Of a stretch of 64,000 bases of DNA, positions 44,401-57,643 are shown piece by piece (position 1 is the first letter of the stretch; each line of letters opens with the position of its first letter). The stretch is from assembly GCA_030704615.1 (NCBI GenBank), contig CM060732.1, positions 75,578,001-75,642,000 on the forward strand, written 5' to 3'. Under the pieces are notes generated by a model. The model worked only from the letters and a program-made list of their open reading frames with translations, had not been told where the DNA came from and made no database searches. This DNA comes from Takakia lepidozioides (Eukaryota; Plantae; Bryophyta). The position numbers and the translations under genes are program-made.

Positions 44401-46985
44401 TACAAAAACACGTATATCTTAGCTTTACGAAGTCGATTAACTAAGCCACAAATATTTCTTGAACGTACTCCCAAAAATATACGAACGAACGCATTTCTTA
44501 AACATGTAGCATACCTATGGTGTGCAAACACAGACATACAATATATTTTAGATCCATATGCTGCTGCCACTTATTGTACATCTTACATGACAAAACTAGA
44601 CAAAACAATAACATCTGAATTACGCACAATCATCCAAAAATGTGTTGCTCACAAAGTAGATTTTGATACACGAATAATAAAGTTGGGTAATGCTTTCTTA
44701 AATTCTCAACAAATGTCTGCCCAACTTGCAGCCTACTTAGTTTTATCACTTCCTTTGCATCATAGCTCTTGCTCATTTAAGTTTATTAATACCTCACCAT
44801 GTCAAAATAGGGCATTTGTGCTAAAACCTCAAAGTGCATTAGAAAAATTAGATCCACATTCCACTGACGCTATGTGTCCCTCTATTATAGATAGGTACGT
44901 ACGCAGGCCTATGGAATTGGATTCTTTATCTTTAGCTGAAATTTCTTCATCATATAATATTATAAATAATAAATTTATCAAATGTAAAAAAATGAAAGTA
45001 ATAAGATTTGTTCACTACAATAAACATAAAGATATAGGAAACTGGGCAAGAGAACACCTTCTTTTATACTATCATTCGAGGACGAGAAGAACAACAAATA
45101 GGTATTCATAACACATGGCATGAAGCATATTCTGAACATGCCCAATCTATATCACAAATAAAATCTCTTTTAACATATAAACTTCGACTCCAATGTTTGT
45201 TGGGATGACTTACAAACTTGTTCATTTGAATTGTCAAACCACCATAACCAAAATATGTGGACAAACATTGATCATCAAAGCAATGACGACGACAACATGC
45301 ACTTTGCTATTCCAATAACAGATAATAGTAATACAGAGACATATAACATTCACGATGATTTTTACATTAGACCCCGTAATACACGCATAACATCCGTTCA
45401 CAATGAAGATAATTCTTCTTTATCAAGATGCCCAACCCTAATGGATGAACAACAATTTCGTTGTCTTCTAAGACAGCTTAATCCAGAACAAAGATGCATT
45501 TTTGACGATTGTATGTTCCGCAAAAGAGTACACCCCACTAAACCAATACATTTATTTCTAACAGGAGGTGCCGGTACAGGTAAAATATTTACATTAAAAC
45601 TAATTATTCAAGGTTTATTACGATTATACAACCAATAGCTTGGGTCTGATCCCACTAAAATCAAAGCTATATTTATAGCTTATACAAAGAAGGCTGCATT
45701 TAACATTGATGGTTCCACTATACACTCCACATTATGTATACCGGTAAATCAAAATTTAACACACATATCAAAACTATCATCAGATACACTAAACAAATTG
45801 ACAGCTCAATATGAACAACTACAACTTGCAGTTATTGGCGAAATATCCTAGTCGGTAGCAGAATGTTTGAAGCCATTGACCAAAGATTACGATCTATTAA
45901 GCATATACATAACCATTTTTTTGGAAACTTAGATGTCATAATGACTGGAGATTTCTACCAAGCTCCACCGGTAAGAGATAGATGGATATTTAAAAAACTG
46001 CAATCTGGTTTCTATAACCTCAGGCCAAATTTATAATTTCGAAGCTATTGATGTACGACATCATTCATGCCCTCCATTTCTAAATTTAAGGAAAGACCCA
46101 TCCAAAACAGCATGTCTCCACCATATCATCCAGTTAAAAAAAGATATGTTGGTGGAGCTATGTGCTGGCAACTATCAAACATCTGATGGTCTAGTTAATG
46201 GTGCAGATGGTAAATTTCAAGCAACAACATCTACTAATAATAAAGACATCATTTGGATTGATTTTCAAAATCCAAAAACAGGATTACTCACTAGACATAA
46301 AAACCAACACTTTTATACTGACAATATAATCCCAACTTGGACTCCAATTGAACCTATCACAAAAAAATTTAGAATAGGGAACGTTGACTATCATGTAATC
46401 ACACGAATCCAATTTCCACTACAACCTGCTGCTGCAAGAACAATTCATCGATCTCAAGATTTATCATTGGATGAAATGGCTTTTGATCCTACTAACGTTC
46501 GTAAACATGGCCTAACTTATACAACACTTTCTCGTGTTCGCACCAAAGAAAAGTTATATCTTTTATCTCCATTGCACCAAACCAACTTTCGAGTTGATGA
46601 CTCTGTAAATCACGAGATGCTCAGACTCAAATCAAATGCAAAATGGGAACTACTAGTTCCCAACTTAAGTATATACCAATATTCCCATATCATAGTTCAA
46701 GCTCTAAACGCAACGTCTCTTCGTCAACATCACAAAGACCCGACCACAATTTACAATTATCTAACATCCTTTGACTTACTGAAACAAGAGTTTATCACTC
46801 AACATCTGAGTTACAACAATACATAGATACCACAAAATTTAATTATATGGGAGCTTATGATAGTCATGGCGCTCTTATGTTATACACAAAAAACATGACG
46901 CTTAATTATTCAGAAACATTAACATGTACTGGTTCAGAATACATAGCTGCCACTTTCAACATAAATACACGTAAAGCAATATATG

Positions 46986-47062
<77 letters not shown>

Positions 47063-47433
47063 ATTCTACAGACACCAAACTATTTCTAAAATATCTTGAA
47101 ATTTTCATTTTAAAGGCCCTTCCTCAATGCCCAACAATAATATTGGGAGACTTCAATATTGATTTGTTACATATCAATGACAATGACTTTGTAAATTCAC
47201 ACTTACACAACTTTATGAATACGTATAAACTTCAGTCACAATTTCAAATGAGCACAACAAAGAGCGGCTCACAATTAGACCACATATAGGCAAATGTCTT
47301 AGGGAAAGACTGTAAATCCGGTACCGCAGAAGCATATTGGACTGATTATCACAAACCAATATACATCGCTTACAAACTTCCAAACAATATTCCTATTTTT
47401 GTATCGACAGAAATATCATCTCCTTTCATTTAA
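41426..47433 (+). mobile_element. Helentron-type rolling-circle transposase pseudogene: Rep (HUH) - PIF1 helicase - AP endonuclease
   Basis: LEERLISPR/GQYKMHGSVINV; SVAPAE..EELNFP; AMIRQLGPPTFFITLT; TEF*SKGSEHDHGLIW (HUH); YCTSYMTK; TGGAGTGK; TGDFYQAPPV; QFPLQPAAARTIHRSQ; then IILGDFNIDL, SQLDHI, WTDYHKPI. Confidence 0.9.
46988..47059. repeat. (TA)n microsatellite inside the endonuclease domain
   Basis: Direct read. Confidence 0.95.
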
Positions 47434-47861
47434 GCTCCTCTCTCTTTTGCTGCAATGGACAGAGCCTCTTGCGGTTTACAGCTTGTTTCAAATGCCGAAC
47501 CTGAATGGGCTGTCCGGAACGGAGATTGGTGATGCTTCTGGATGAAGTACAAATGTAGAGTTGGATGAAATTGATGCATCAGTTCGCTGAGCTTTCTGTC
47601 CTTCATGGTGTTGAGGCTCCAACCATGGATGCCTTGGAGTTTCTTTATTTTGAGGCTCAGTTTGATTTAAACGAGCCATTTCAACCAAACAATGATGAGA
47701 TTTGGGACATGGTTGGTCCAGGGGAAAAGTCGAGGAGCACGACTAAGAGGAAATTTTAATTCCACAAGAGTCCGCAATATTATTTTCAGAAGTTAAATGC
47801 CACACTACATACTACTCAGCCTTATATTGAACAACAACCTCAAGACACTACTACTCTTCTG

Positions 47862-48091
47862 CTTTTTCTTTTTTTCTTTTTTTATAAAGTTTTTTTTTTC
47901 TTTCTTTTTCTTAAAGGAAACCTGGGAGCGAGGGGGAAAAATTAACCCCTTTTCATTTATGGGCCATGAGGCCTAAAGGACGATCAACGCCCAGACTCAC
48001 GAACAATCCCAAACACGGGGGCAAGGCAGCGGGTTTGAACCCTGAACCATCGGGGCGACACACTGTGCACTTACCGGCTGAGCTACCAGCC
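47862..48091 (-). mobile_element. tRNA-derived SINE with A-rich tail
   Basis: Minus strand reads GGCTGGTAGCTCAGCCGG (A box)...GGTTCAAACCC (B box), with an A-rich tail at 47862-47912. Confidence 0.75.
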
Positions 48092-48468
48092 AATGTGCTC
48101 TGCATTCAAAATGTTTATCAATCAATTCAAAAAGAACTAGGGCTTTGCGTTGCTCCGCACTACTAGAAACGAATTCTGAGAACTACCCTTCAATTTTCAC
48201 AAAAAGGAGTGGGTCATCCCATGGTGTTACATACATAGATCCCATGTTTCGTTGTTTTTCGAAAGAAGAACGGTGGAGTGTTGCCGAAGCTATTATATTA
48301 TTTTTATTTTTCAAAGAAAAGAGGGCCGAAATCCTCTTGGCCCCTCCTCTTCGGCATCCCCAAAGTTTGACAAATCTGATATCAATTGAAAGCACATAAA
48401 GTTTGCCACTAAGATTAAGCTAGGTAGACACCTAAGAATTCAAAAAAAAAAAACAAGGAAAAACATGA

Positions 48469-48680
48469 AGCTATTTCTCACAAATCAGGCCCCTTCATTA
48501 TAGTGAGGAGAAAATAATCTCTTTAATAAAGTTTAAAGGTAAATTTTCCTTGATGTCCAATGAATTACAGCGCCTATTGCTCAACACAGCCTATCGAGGG
48601 GCCAATGGATGGTTTGAAGGCACATGTTGAAGGATTGAACCCATGATCACTACCCGAGCACAAGGCTCATTGGCCAGGAA
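48469..48680 (-). mobile_element. Degenerate SINE sharing its 3' region with the SINE at 57644
   Basis: B box GGTTCAATCC. TTATTTTCTCCTCACTATAATGAAGGGGCCTGATTTGTGAG matches 57812-57854. Confidence 0.55.
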
Positions 48681-49249
48681 AAAACACTTGTAGGTATGCT
48701 ACCTGCCAGAAGGCCATTCTTGAGAATTGGAATTTATTAAGCAGTTCCTAGCCAGAGCCATTTTATATTGCACCACTGGTTGAGGGGATCCCTTCTCAAG
48801 CTCATACCACGATGCAAGTTGCTGGACATTATCTTCCTTGTGAAGGCAGTGGAAGGAGATGCACCCATTAGTCAAATGTAGTTTGATCACCTATAGCAGA
48901 TGGTGTTATGTGTTTGTATTTAGTTTCAAAAACCTGGTGCCTTGTAACCTAGCTCCATCTGTTGCTATGGCATTGCCCTTGCAGCATCTGTGCAAGTCAA
49001 TACAGAAGTAAACAACACAACTGCTTGCATCACACCACCGGGCATAAAGAGGTCAACAACAGATTCTGAAAGTAAAAAGCAAACCACTTAATCACATACC
49101 ACAGGCACTGACATCATCTATATGTAAGTACAGAGTACCAACTCCAAGCCCTGCACTCAACATGTCTGACATCTACCGTGTTGTTCCAAGGGCTTTCCTT
49201 TCGACAGATTGGTGACCTATCCTAACAGGATGGTTAATCAGTCAAAGTC

Positions 49250-50745
49250 TTTAAAAGTCAGTATTAGGCCGTGTCCTTGTACCAGGAACATTCCAGTCTT
49301 GCAAGGATTTCAAGAAAACACCATGGACTTGCTCAAAACAATGGTGCCTGCATATTGTACTGGATTTCCATGGTGTCTGCAAGACCAGTCAACAACCCAT
49401 TCCACCTATCTGATGAAGCATGGCATCAATTTCATCAGTGTCCTCCATGTCAAGCTGCCACGCCCAATTAACACGTCACAAGCACATCAAGGGCGTCACA
49501 TACCCATCGCAAGTCCAATCCAAACAGCAGCCCTAACAGGTAACTTTTGGCAAGACCAGAGATTTCAAAGACTGCCCTACATAATACCACTTTTAGCAGC
49601 TCAATGAGAATCCTGTCAGCTTTGGAAGAATACAGAAAAAAAGGTAGCAAGAATGACCTCGGCAGGGGTCTGCTCAGCGCGAAGGCCCTCCCTTAGCGGG
49701 TTGTATCCAGTGTCAACTTCTCTGTCTGAATTCATCCGTGCAAACAACGCTTCCGCCCCCTGTCACAATAGCAGGCAGTTGAAATAACTCATTGACGAAC
49801 CTTCCAGTGTGAGATCACATGCAAATCTAGCCAAATATGTGAATGTACATCAAAATTGCGTCGTTAACTCCTGTGTAAGCCGAGCCCACACATGTACTAC
49901 CAATGTGTCAATACTGATGCTTCAAGCCCCGTTGTTTTGCATTCCTTCACATGCCCAGAAGTGCCAGAAGAGGCATTGTGGACTCCCTCTCTTGATCCAC
50001 TTCCAGAGGCTGTGGTCATGGTTGAGGTGCCTGATTTTATCAACTGTGCCGCTGCAGCTGCTGCCTTTAGTTGACCATCTACCCATGCAGGTTTCTTGTA
50101 GCTATTGATCCACATGGAATCATAGGTAATCTTGTGCTTGAAATCTGGCCCTCTTGGATGATTCTGTACACACACTCTACCCCTGCTTTGGAATACATGT
50201 CCACCAGGGTATTGTTCAGGATCACATCTGGTACGATTTCAGCTTTGACGATGTCCCCATGGGCCTCTTGCCCTTTTCCAGGGCTGCCAGGCTTGCACAT
50301 GCATTGCAAACCCACACACACGTGACGCGGTTGGGCTTCACCCCTTCGCACATCATTTGCTCATACGTCTCCAAATCCTCCATCCGCGCGCCCCTGCTGT
50401 GCATATCCTGCGAGCATCGCACTCCACACCACATCTCGTTTCGCCATATTGTCGAACACTCCCTTTGCATGCTCGACGCTCCCACATCTGGCATACATGT
50501 CCACCAGGTATTGTTCAGGATCACATCTGGTACGATTCCAACTCTGACGATGTCGCCATGCACCTCTTTGCCCAGAAATGCCAGAAGAGGCATTGTGGAC
50601 TCCCTCTCTTGATCCTCTTCTAGAGGCTGTGGTCATGGTTGAGGTGCCTGATTTTATCAATTGTGCCGCTGCAGCTGTTGCCTTTAATTGACCATCTACC
50701 CATGCACGTTTCTTGTGCTTGAAATCTAGCCCTCTTGGATGCACA
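49250..50745 (-). pseudogene. PLS-class PPR fragments with PDF-like motifs and a possible E-domain trace; internal duplication
   Basis: LVDMYARCGSVEHAKGVFDNMAKRDVVWSAMLAGYAQQG; EGVKPNRVT..CNACASLAALEKG; HPRGPDFKHK; CRHHGN near 49370. 49952-50090 is duplicated at 50569-50706. Confidence 0.75.
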
Positions 50746-50750
50746 CTCTA

Positions 50751-51912
50751 CCCCTGCTCCTTCAGCTATCCATGCCTCTGCACAAATCATGCATTCATCC
50801 TTGCCTTGCTGCTAACAGCTGACAATAACAGTCTAGATTTGTTCTAGGAAACACCCAACCCAGCTTATCACACTAGTTCCTATGCTCATTGCGTCTGCTA
50901 CTCACTGTAATCCAACAGGCATCCACCTTTTTGCCTCGATTGTCCCACCATTGACTGGGGTCAGAAAAGTATTCTTTCCACAGCTTCTCCTCGTCTCTCT
51001 TACCTGTTTCTGGATACTTTGGCAGTATCATGTCAAAGTCACTCCAACTATCAAAGGTTCACTCAACCAGCTAATTTGCAGAATTCAACATGAAAATTTA
51101 GGGCCAGTTCTGATAAGAGGGAACCCACACTCCATCCCTGCTCCTTCAGCTATCCATGCCTCTGCACAAATCATGCATACACCCTTGCCTTGCTGCTAGC
51201 AACATACAATGATAGCCTAGAATTCTTCCAGCAAACACCCCCGCACTTAGCATACATGTTGACAAACACCCAACTCAGCGTTCCTATGCTCATTGCGTCT
51301 GATACTCTCTGTAATCCAACAGGCATCCACCTTTTTGCCTCGATTGTCCCACCATTGACTGTGGTCAGAAAAGTATTCTTTCCACAGCTTCTCCTTGTCT
51401 CTCTTACCTGTTTCTGGATACTTTGGCAGTATCATGTCAAAGTCACTCCAACTATCAAAGGTTCACCCAACCAGCTAACTTGCAGAATTCAACATGAAAA
51501 TTTAGGGCCAGTTCTGATAAGAGGGAACCCACACTCCATCCCTGCTCCTTCAGCTATCCATGCCTCTGCACAAATCATGCATACACCCTTGCCTTGCTGC
51601 AAACAACATACAATGACAGCCTAGAATTCTTCCAGCAAACACCCCCGCACTTAACATACATGTTGACAAACACCCAACTCAACGTTCATATGCTCATTGC
51701 GTCTGCTACTCTCTGTAATCCAACATGCATCCACCTTTTTGCCTCGATTGTCCCACCATTGACTGTGGTCAGAAAAGTATTCTTTCCACAACTTCTCCTT
51801 GTCTCTCTTACCTGTTTCTGGATACTTTGGCAGTATCATGTCAAAGTCACTCCAACTATCAAAGGTTCACCCAACCAACTAACTTGCAGAATTCAACATG
51901 AAAATTTAGGGC
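50751..51912. repeat. Three tandem ~400-bp duplications, each encoding LWKEYFSD(H/P)SQWWDNRGKK on the minus strand
   Basis: CCCTGCTCCTTCAGCTATCC at ~50751, 51136, 51540. Identical ORFs offset by 404 bp (51247/51651). Confidence 0.9.
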
Positions 51913-53636
51913 TCTCCAACTCGCTGGACCCACACCATGCCCAGCCCGATGCCCCTTGCTTACTTTCTGAAGACATCGTGTGCTCACCTGCAAGCCCGGC
52001 CGTCCAGTATGCAGCCCTCTTTAACTGTTTACCACTTCTGAAGGTTGGTGCTCTTATTAAACATTGAAACAGACTTTCCTGTTGTAGCAACCAAATTCAG
52101 ATGTAATGAAAAAGCATACCAGAGGGTCATGTCGGGCTAGGGATTGAAGAATCCCCTCCTGTCTCTCAAGGGATTTTACAGCTGATACTTCACCCCCTCT
52201 GGGCAGGCCGCGTCTAAATTTCGTTAGACTTCTAAACTGGCATGCCTTCTTCAACTCATCTGCAAAATTTGTACAACACAAAGAAAATCTATTGAGAGGC
52301 AGAGCCAGATTTCAAAGAAAGATTCACAAATCGAGTACATACTTGTACTAAACCGGTTATTGGGCTAATTTCTAACCTTTGACCGCCGTGGCTGCAAACT
52401 ACAGGATTGGGCTCTCAATCTGGGGTCTTCAAGCACTCATTGAAAGAAGACATAATTTTTTTGCTTGTTTGGTCACTGTTACTCTTCCCACGAAAGACAG
52501 AAACCATCGGCCAGTTTCCACATCCCCCCCCTCTATTATACTGGTGTCCTATATTGCGAATCATCATAATGCAGGCCCAGTCTAGGCTTTAGGGTATTGT
52601 CTCTTCAGTCTCCAATTTACACTCACACTGCTCTGAGTAGATAATTGTGATCGCGCCTTGGATGAACACAACTTTGGCTTGTACCTGCCTCCGGATGTGA
52701 TCTAACTGCACCCCTCCCTCACTCCAGCAGGCTTTGCCTCCTCCAACAGAAGTGCTCAAGGAGTCCATTGAAGTTGCCTTGTCTTTGTTGCACAGCTCCC
52801 TGTCAGTTGCCTTTGATTCTTGTACAACTTATTTACCAGCTGACCGCTCATCTGCTTTACTTACCAATTGCACTAGCATCTCCATTATGGTCTTCTGATC
52901 CACAGAGACTCGCCTCTACAAATAGTGAAGAAGTGGAAGGACTCAGGGTAATGTCTAGAAGTCATGCTGTTGTGAGTCAGTAGCGTTATAGCTGTGCAAA
53001 CATTTGAAACACATACATTCCTGCACTGTGCACATTTCAGACAAGTGAGTAAAAGACCCTGAGTCTCCCCTTTGCAGGAGTTCCAAATCTTTATCGTCAG
53101 TACTCATTATGGTAATGAATCAGGACTTGTGGGACAGATGGAAGGAACAATATGGCTTTGAGCAGCAAACTAGAATTTTGAGGCAGAGGACATGTTTGAA
53201 AAACATCCAACAATATTTGACAGCCACAAAAGCTAATCCATCAATTGTATTCAACTTGAAAAGACACTAAACAACCTTACAACTTAGCACAGTCAAGCAA
53301 GAACTGTATAGTGGGAAAATAGAATCGTGATCTTGCAAGACCTTCTCCATGTACAAATATCATAGAGTGTTTACTGCAGCCCCCTGTTCTGAGAGACATT
53401 ATCTGTTGCGTGAAATCAGGGACTATCACACAGCGGGATGGATCAACAAATAGGACAATTGCTTGTGCCTCACAAACAACATGCATTGAAATTCCAGTGT
53501 CAACTTGATATAGATGGACCTACAGAGACAATTTGCTGCTCGCTTCATTTGTTGCTGCAAAAAGCAGTCAAGATGTCAAGAGATTTTGGTACAACCAGAA
53601 AACAATCTCAACAAGTCAATTGTGGTCATAAGATAC

Positions 53637-53735
53637 CTTTTTACAGTCTCTGCCATATTTCCGAAATGCTTGATAGAAGAGCTCCAGGTCCTCTTTGCTC
53701 CAGGGAGGTCCAAGGATGTCCGACAATTTGCGCTT
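53637..53735 (-). pseudogene. ALY: Isolated exon of the ALWAYS EARLY/LIN-9 Myb-SANT domain
   Basis: [33 protein letters not shown], 99 nt, flanked by CAG| and |GT. Confidence 0.75.
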
Positions 53736-54859
53736 CTGATCACCAGCCCACCCACTCACCTCAGTCCCATAACTAGCATTCAAGCAGCATCAAAAATTGG
53801 ATTTCACTCTTGCTCACGTTGGGTGTGCTACCCATCTGCCCAGTCCCAATGGCACCATTGCTCCTGGATATGGAATTTTGCCGGGATCCAACAACCTGCA
53901 ACCTGACATTACCAGAATCAGACAAATTGTTCAATTGAATGCTTTTGATGAGGATGGATCTATAGGCAAAAACAGAAAGAGAAGAGGTGTGCTTGCCCTA
54001 CTTTGATATTCTGAGTCCCCTTCAACAGCGGAAGGACAAAGGTGTGAAGGGTTGGGGCTTCTAGTGCAAGTGCTCTCGTTGCCTTCTGGAGGAAGGCATG
54101 CAGCCAAATCTAGCCAAGGTGACCACAATTCACCATATCCGTGAGTCAGATCTATGACACGTCAATTCATGATCTACCATATTTCGTGTCAATAGTGACG
54201 GCATATGGTTATATCCAAATTGCATCATTATCACCACGTTTGATAAAACAATGGTCACAAAAATAATGGCCAAGAAGGCTGAAATATGGAAAAAGAGCAA
54301 CCTTCAGCTTTGAATGTCAGTCTCACAGTTTGCATTTATTGTTTCCAGTGAACACTGGTTATAGGGAGGTTATGGCAGACAGACAACAATTACAATCTAG
54401 TCAATGTAAGATTAGGTTTGAAACTTGGGTTTAGCTTCAAGCAGATGTGGGACTTTTGCAACCAGACACAACCTGACATACCCTTCGTGCTCATGGAAAA
54501 TCAATCATGGAGACTCACTGTGCGGGTCTGAAACAAGGAAGTAAGGTGTAATCAAAGCTGCACTTTTCTTCTTTCCCACCCAATCACGAGTGAAAGTTTC
54601 CGATTCCGTCTGCAAGAAACTCCTCCCCAATTGTTGTCTTTCCGAATCATAGGTAATCTGGAGCTTGAAATCCGGCCCTTTTGGATGAATCTGGACCCAC
54701 ACTCGATCCCTGCTCCTTCAGCTATCCAAGCTGTGCTTGCAAGGTGAACGATGGCAGAAAACGCAGAGCTCCTGCAGTTGAAGAAGATCAAGATCCGGGC
54801 ATTGCGGGCAGTTCCAAAAACGTTGGCGCGGCGATTTCTATTGCCCTATTTCTCGCGGG

Positions 54860-55030
54860 CCGTCCGGGCAGATTTCAAAGAAATTGACGACGACGATGAC
54901 GTGGCTACGATGACGTGTGTACGATGATGTGGCGACGATGATGTGGCACTAAGGCACCCTATTCCTGCTCTACGCTAAACTAGCTTCCAACCTTCGGTCG
55001 TCGCTAGTAAATGTTACTTTCCATCTAGTG
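54860..55030. mobile_element. CACTA right terminus with subterminal repeats
   Basis: ...CCATCTAGTG at 55030 (reverse complement CACTAGATGG), preceded by repeated ACGATGA(C/T)GTG and CGACG motifs. Confidence 0.6.
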
Positions 55031-56494
55031 TACCTCGTTAAGTGTGACCTTTATTATTGTTAGGGTAGGATATTTTTCCCTCCTTTACGGTTAGTTGTTA
55101 TATATCTGTAAATGTTATGTTTTCCTTACTCTCCATGCATAACATTTAAAGAAGGCCGACTGTATTGAAAATGAATATGGATGGATATGTGCATGGCTAT
55201 GATGATTGAAATAAGTTTTGTTTTGGTGAAATATCCTGTGTACAATTTCAATTGTAGTAAAATTAATTCCAGTTGGAGGGAGAAAGTTCACAAGTTTTCT
55301 GCAAACTAGCATGTGTTGAAAATCAAATGTGCAGACTGGAAACCCATCATTCTGTCTGTGAACCGTAGCTGCAATGTACACAAGCGATTTTTAACACAGA
55401 CAGGTCTACGCATGTTGGTGGGCTGGCGTCAGTGAGTCAACGTACAGGATTTGACTTGACCATCTGCCCATGCAACAATACCCAGAAGGATTTCGCTGTC
55501 ACAGCGAGACCAGTTGTCATCAACCCCAGACTCATTCGAAGCTGGCGGTGAGTTTGGCAAGAGCCTGCCTCGCCACGGACTGACTGGATCCCTGATCTCC
55601 AGCTCCGCGCAGTGCACACTTGCGTGGATCCTCCCTTTCTTCGACTCGCTGCCTACTCGCCGCGTAGCTCCAACGCTACCTTACCTACTCTACATACCTA
55701 CCTACTCTACCTACGCACAGAGAATGGATACAATCCCTCCTGACAGATGCTCTTCACTCGCGCGTCTTTCATCCTTTGGATGCTTCCTCGTGCTTTTCAT
55801 TCATCGACCACTAAACCTATTGCTGGGTGCCATTGGATGAACGAAAATCCGCGCTGCTAGACCTAGGGACCGCGAGAGTAAAGTTGGAAAAAACTTTGGT
55901 TTGGTAGTAGGTACGTATCTTCAACAACGACGCGCCGCCAGCGATGGCCTGCCGGAGTTTGACCAACATATTCAGTCAACGGGAGGGTTCCCCTATTAAT
56001 TATCAAATTACCCAAACCTCGACCTACCGTCAAAACATGATTACATGGAACACGCTTCGAAATGCACTTTTTTTATCGAAGGAGCGTGTGCACGTGTTTG
56101 TAGGAAGCCAGGTAGGCACGTACAACTGTGACGGAGACGAGGTATGAGCCAGTTTCGTGGTTGCTCCAGTTACGACAAACTCCAGCTCCCCATGGCACTG
56201 TCTGATCGTCAACCGTTTCCACGCCAAACCCTATATATGTGTCTGCCTTCATCAGTTCCGTTCCCACCTCCACTTCCAGCTGCTTATCAACCTCTCCTTC
56301 TTTGCTACCACGCACCGTCTGATATCAAGCAAGCGCACACGTTTATCTTCTCTTTGTAGTTGGATGCATAACTTCAGTTCGGACAATCAGCTGCTGCTAC
56401 TATAGATCTGTGTTTCTGTACCCATCTGGAAAAGACGTCAAGTGGCACGCTCGCGATCTTAATCAATTTACATCTAGGAGCTCAAAGCCACAAG

Positions 56495-57564
56495 ATGGGG
56501 CAAACTGGCAGGACATGGCAAACAAGGCGTACGACAGTGTTGCTGTTCTGTTCATTCGTCGTTGCACTGACCTCTCGCATTATTTCCACTGATGCCGCGA
56601 GTTGCTTGGCCGCCGAGAGAGATGCATTGTTGGCGTTCAAAGCGGGAATCACGGAGGACAGCCAAAATGTGATCAGCGGGTGGGCGGCAACTGTCGATTG
56701 CTGCTCGTGGTGGGGAGTTCAATGTGACAACAAGGGTCATGTCGTGCAGCTTGATCTGTACCCTGGGGATGACACTGTGAACCTTGATGCTTACTTCTTC
56801 ACGGGCACCATCTCGAGCTCTCTAGCTGCTCTACCACGGCTGCAGTACCTAGATCTGAGCTATGCACAAAACTTGACTGGTGAAATTCCTGTAGGCATCG
56901 GCAACCTCGTGCACGTGACGTTTCTCAACCTCAGGAAAACAAGCTGACAGGACCCATTCCTACCACTCTAGGTCATCTTCCAAATCTTGAGTTCATAGAC
57001 CTGGCATATAACCAGCTCACCGGCTCCATCCCTGACTTTGTCGGTCCTCACATCAACTACCTGATGTTCTCTGGAAACTCTCTGACAGGGACCATCCCAG
57101 CATCGTTGGGTCGACTGTCCAACATCACATGGCTCTACATTGATCAGAACGAGCTAACTGGAGGCATTCCCGAAGCTCTTACCCAGCTCGCAGCCACACT
57201 ACAATTCGTGGACTTCTCGCAAAACAAGCTAACAGGGAAGCTACCCACAAACCTGGGCGATCTGACGCATATTCAGAATTTAGACTTCTCATCGAATGGC
57301 TTGACTGGCCCCATTCCAGCAAGTATTGGCAAAATCAAGGGGCTCGGTAACCTCAGGCTCAACAACAACAAGCTGTCTGGGCACATCCCAGCGATCCTCG
57401 CAACACTGAAAGACTTGGTGGGTGTGGACCTGTCCTACAATCGTTTGACCGGACCAATTCCTCAGGGCGCTCCCTTCTCCACATTTCCTTCGGACTATTT
57501 TGCGGGAAACCCCGGGCTGTGTGCCTCTCCACTCCCTGCCTGCAAGCACCGCCGTCTGCTCTGA
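56495..57564 (+). pseudogene. Secreted extracellular LRR protein (PGIP-like) with a single frameshift at ~56938
   Basis: Hydrophobic signal peptide, C...ERDALLAFK, DCCSWWGVQC cap, LxxLDLSxNxLTGxIP repeats, NPGLCASPL end. The frame shifts at AGGAAAAC|AAGCTG; no TM or kinase domain. Confidence 0.85.
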
Positions 57565-57643
57565 TCTGCTCGGAATGTTTGGGGTAAATATACCCATTTG
57601 CAGTAGAGGGCTCCGCCATATATTTAAATATTTTACTACCATC

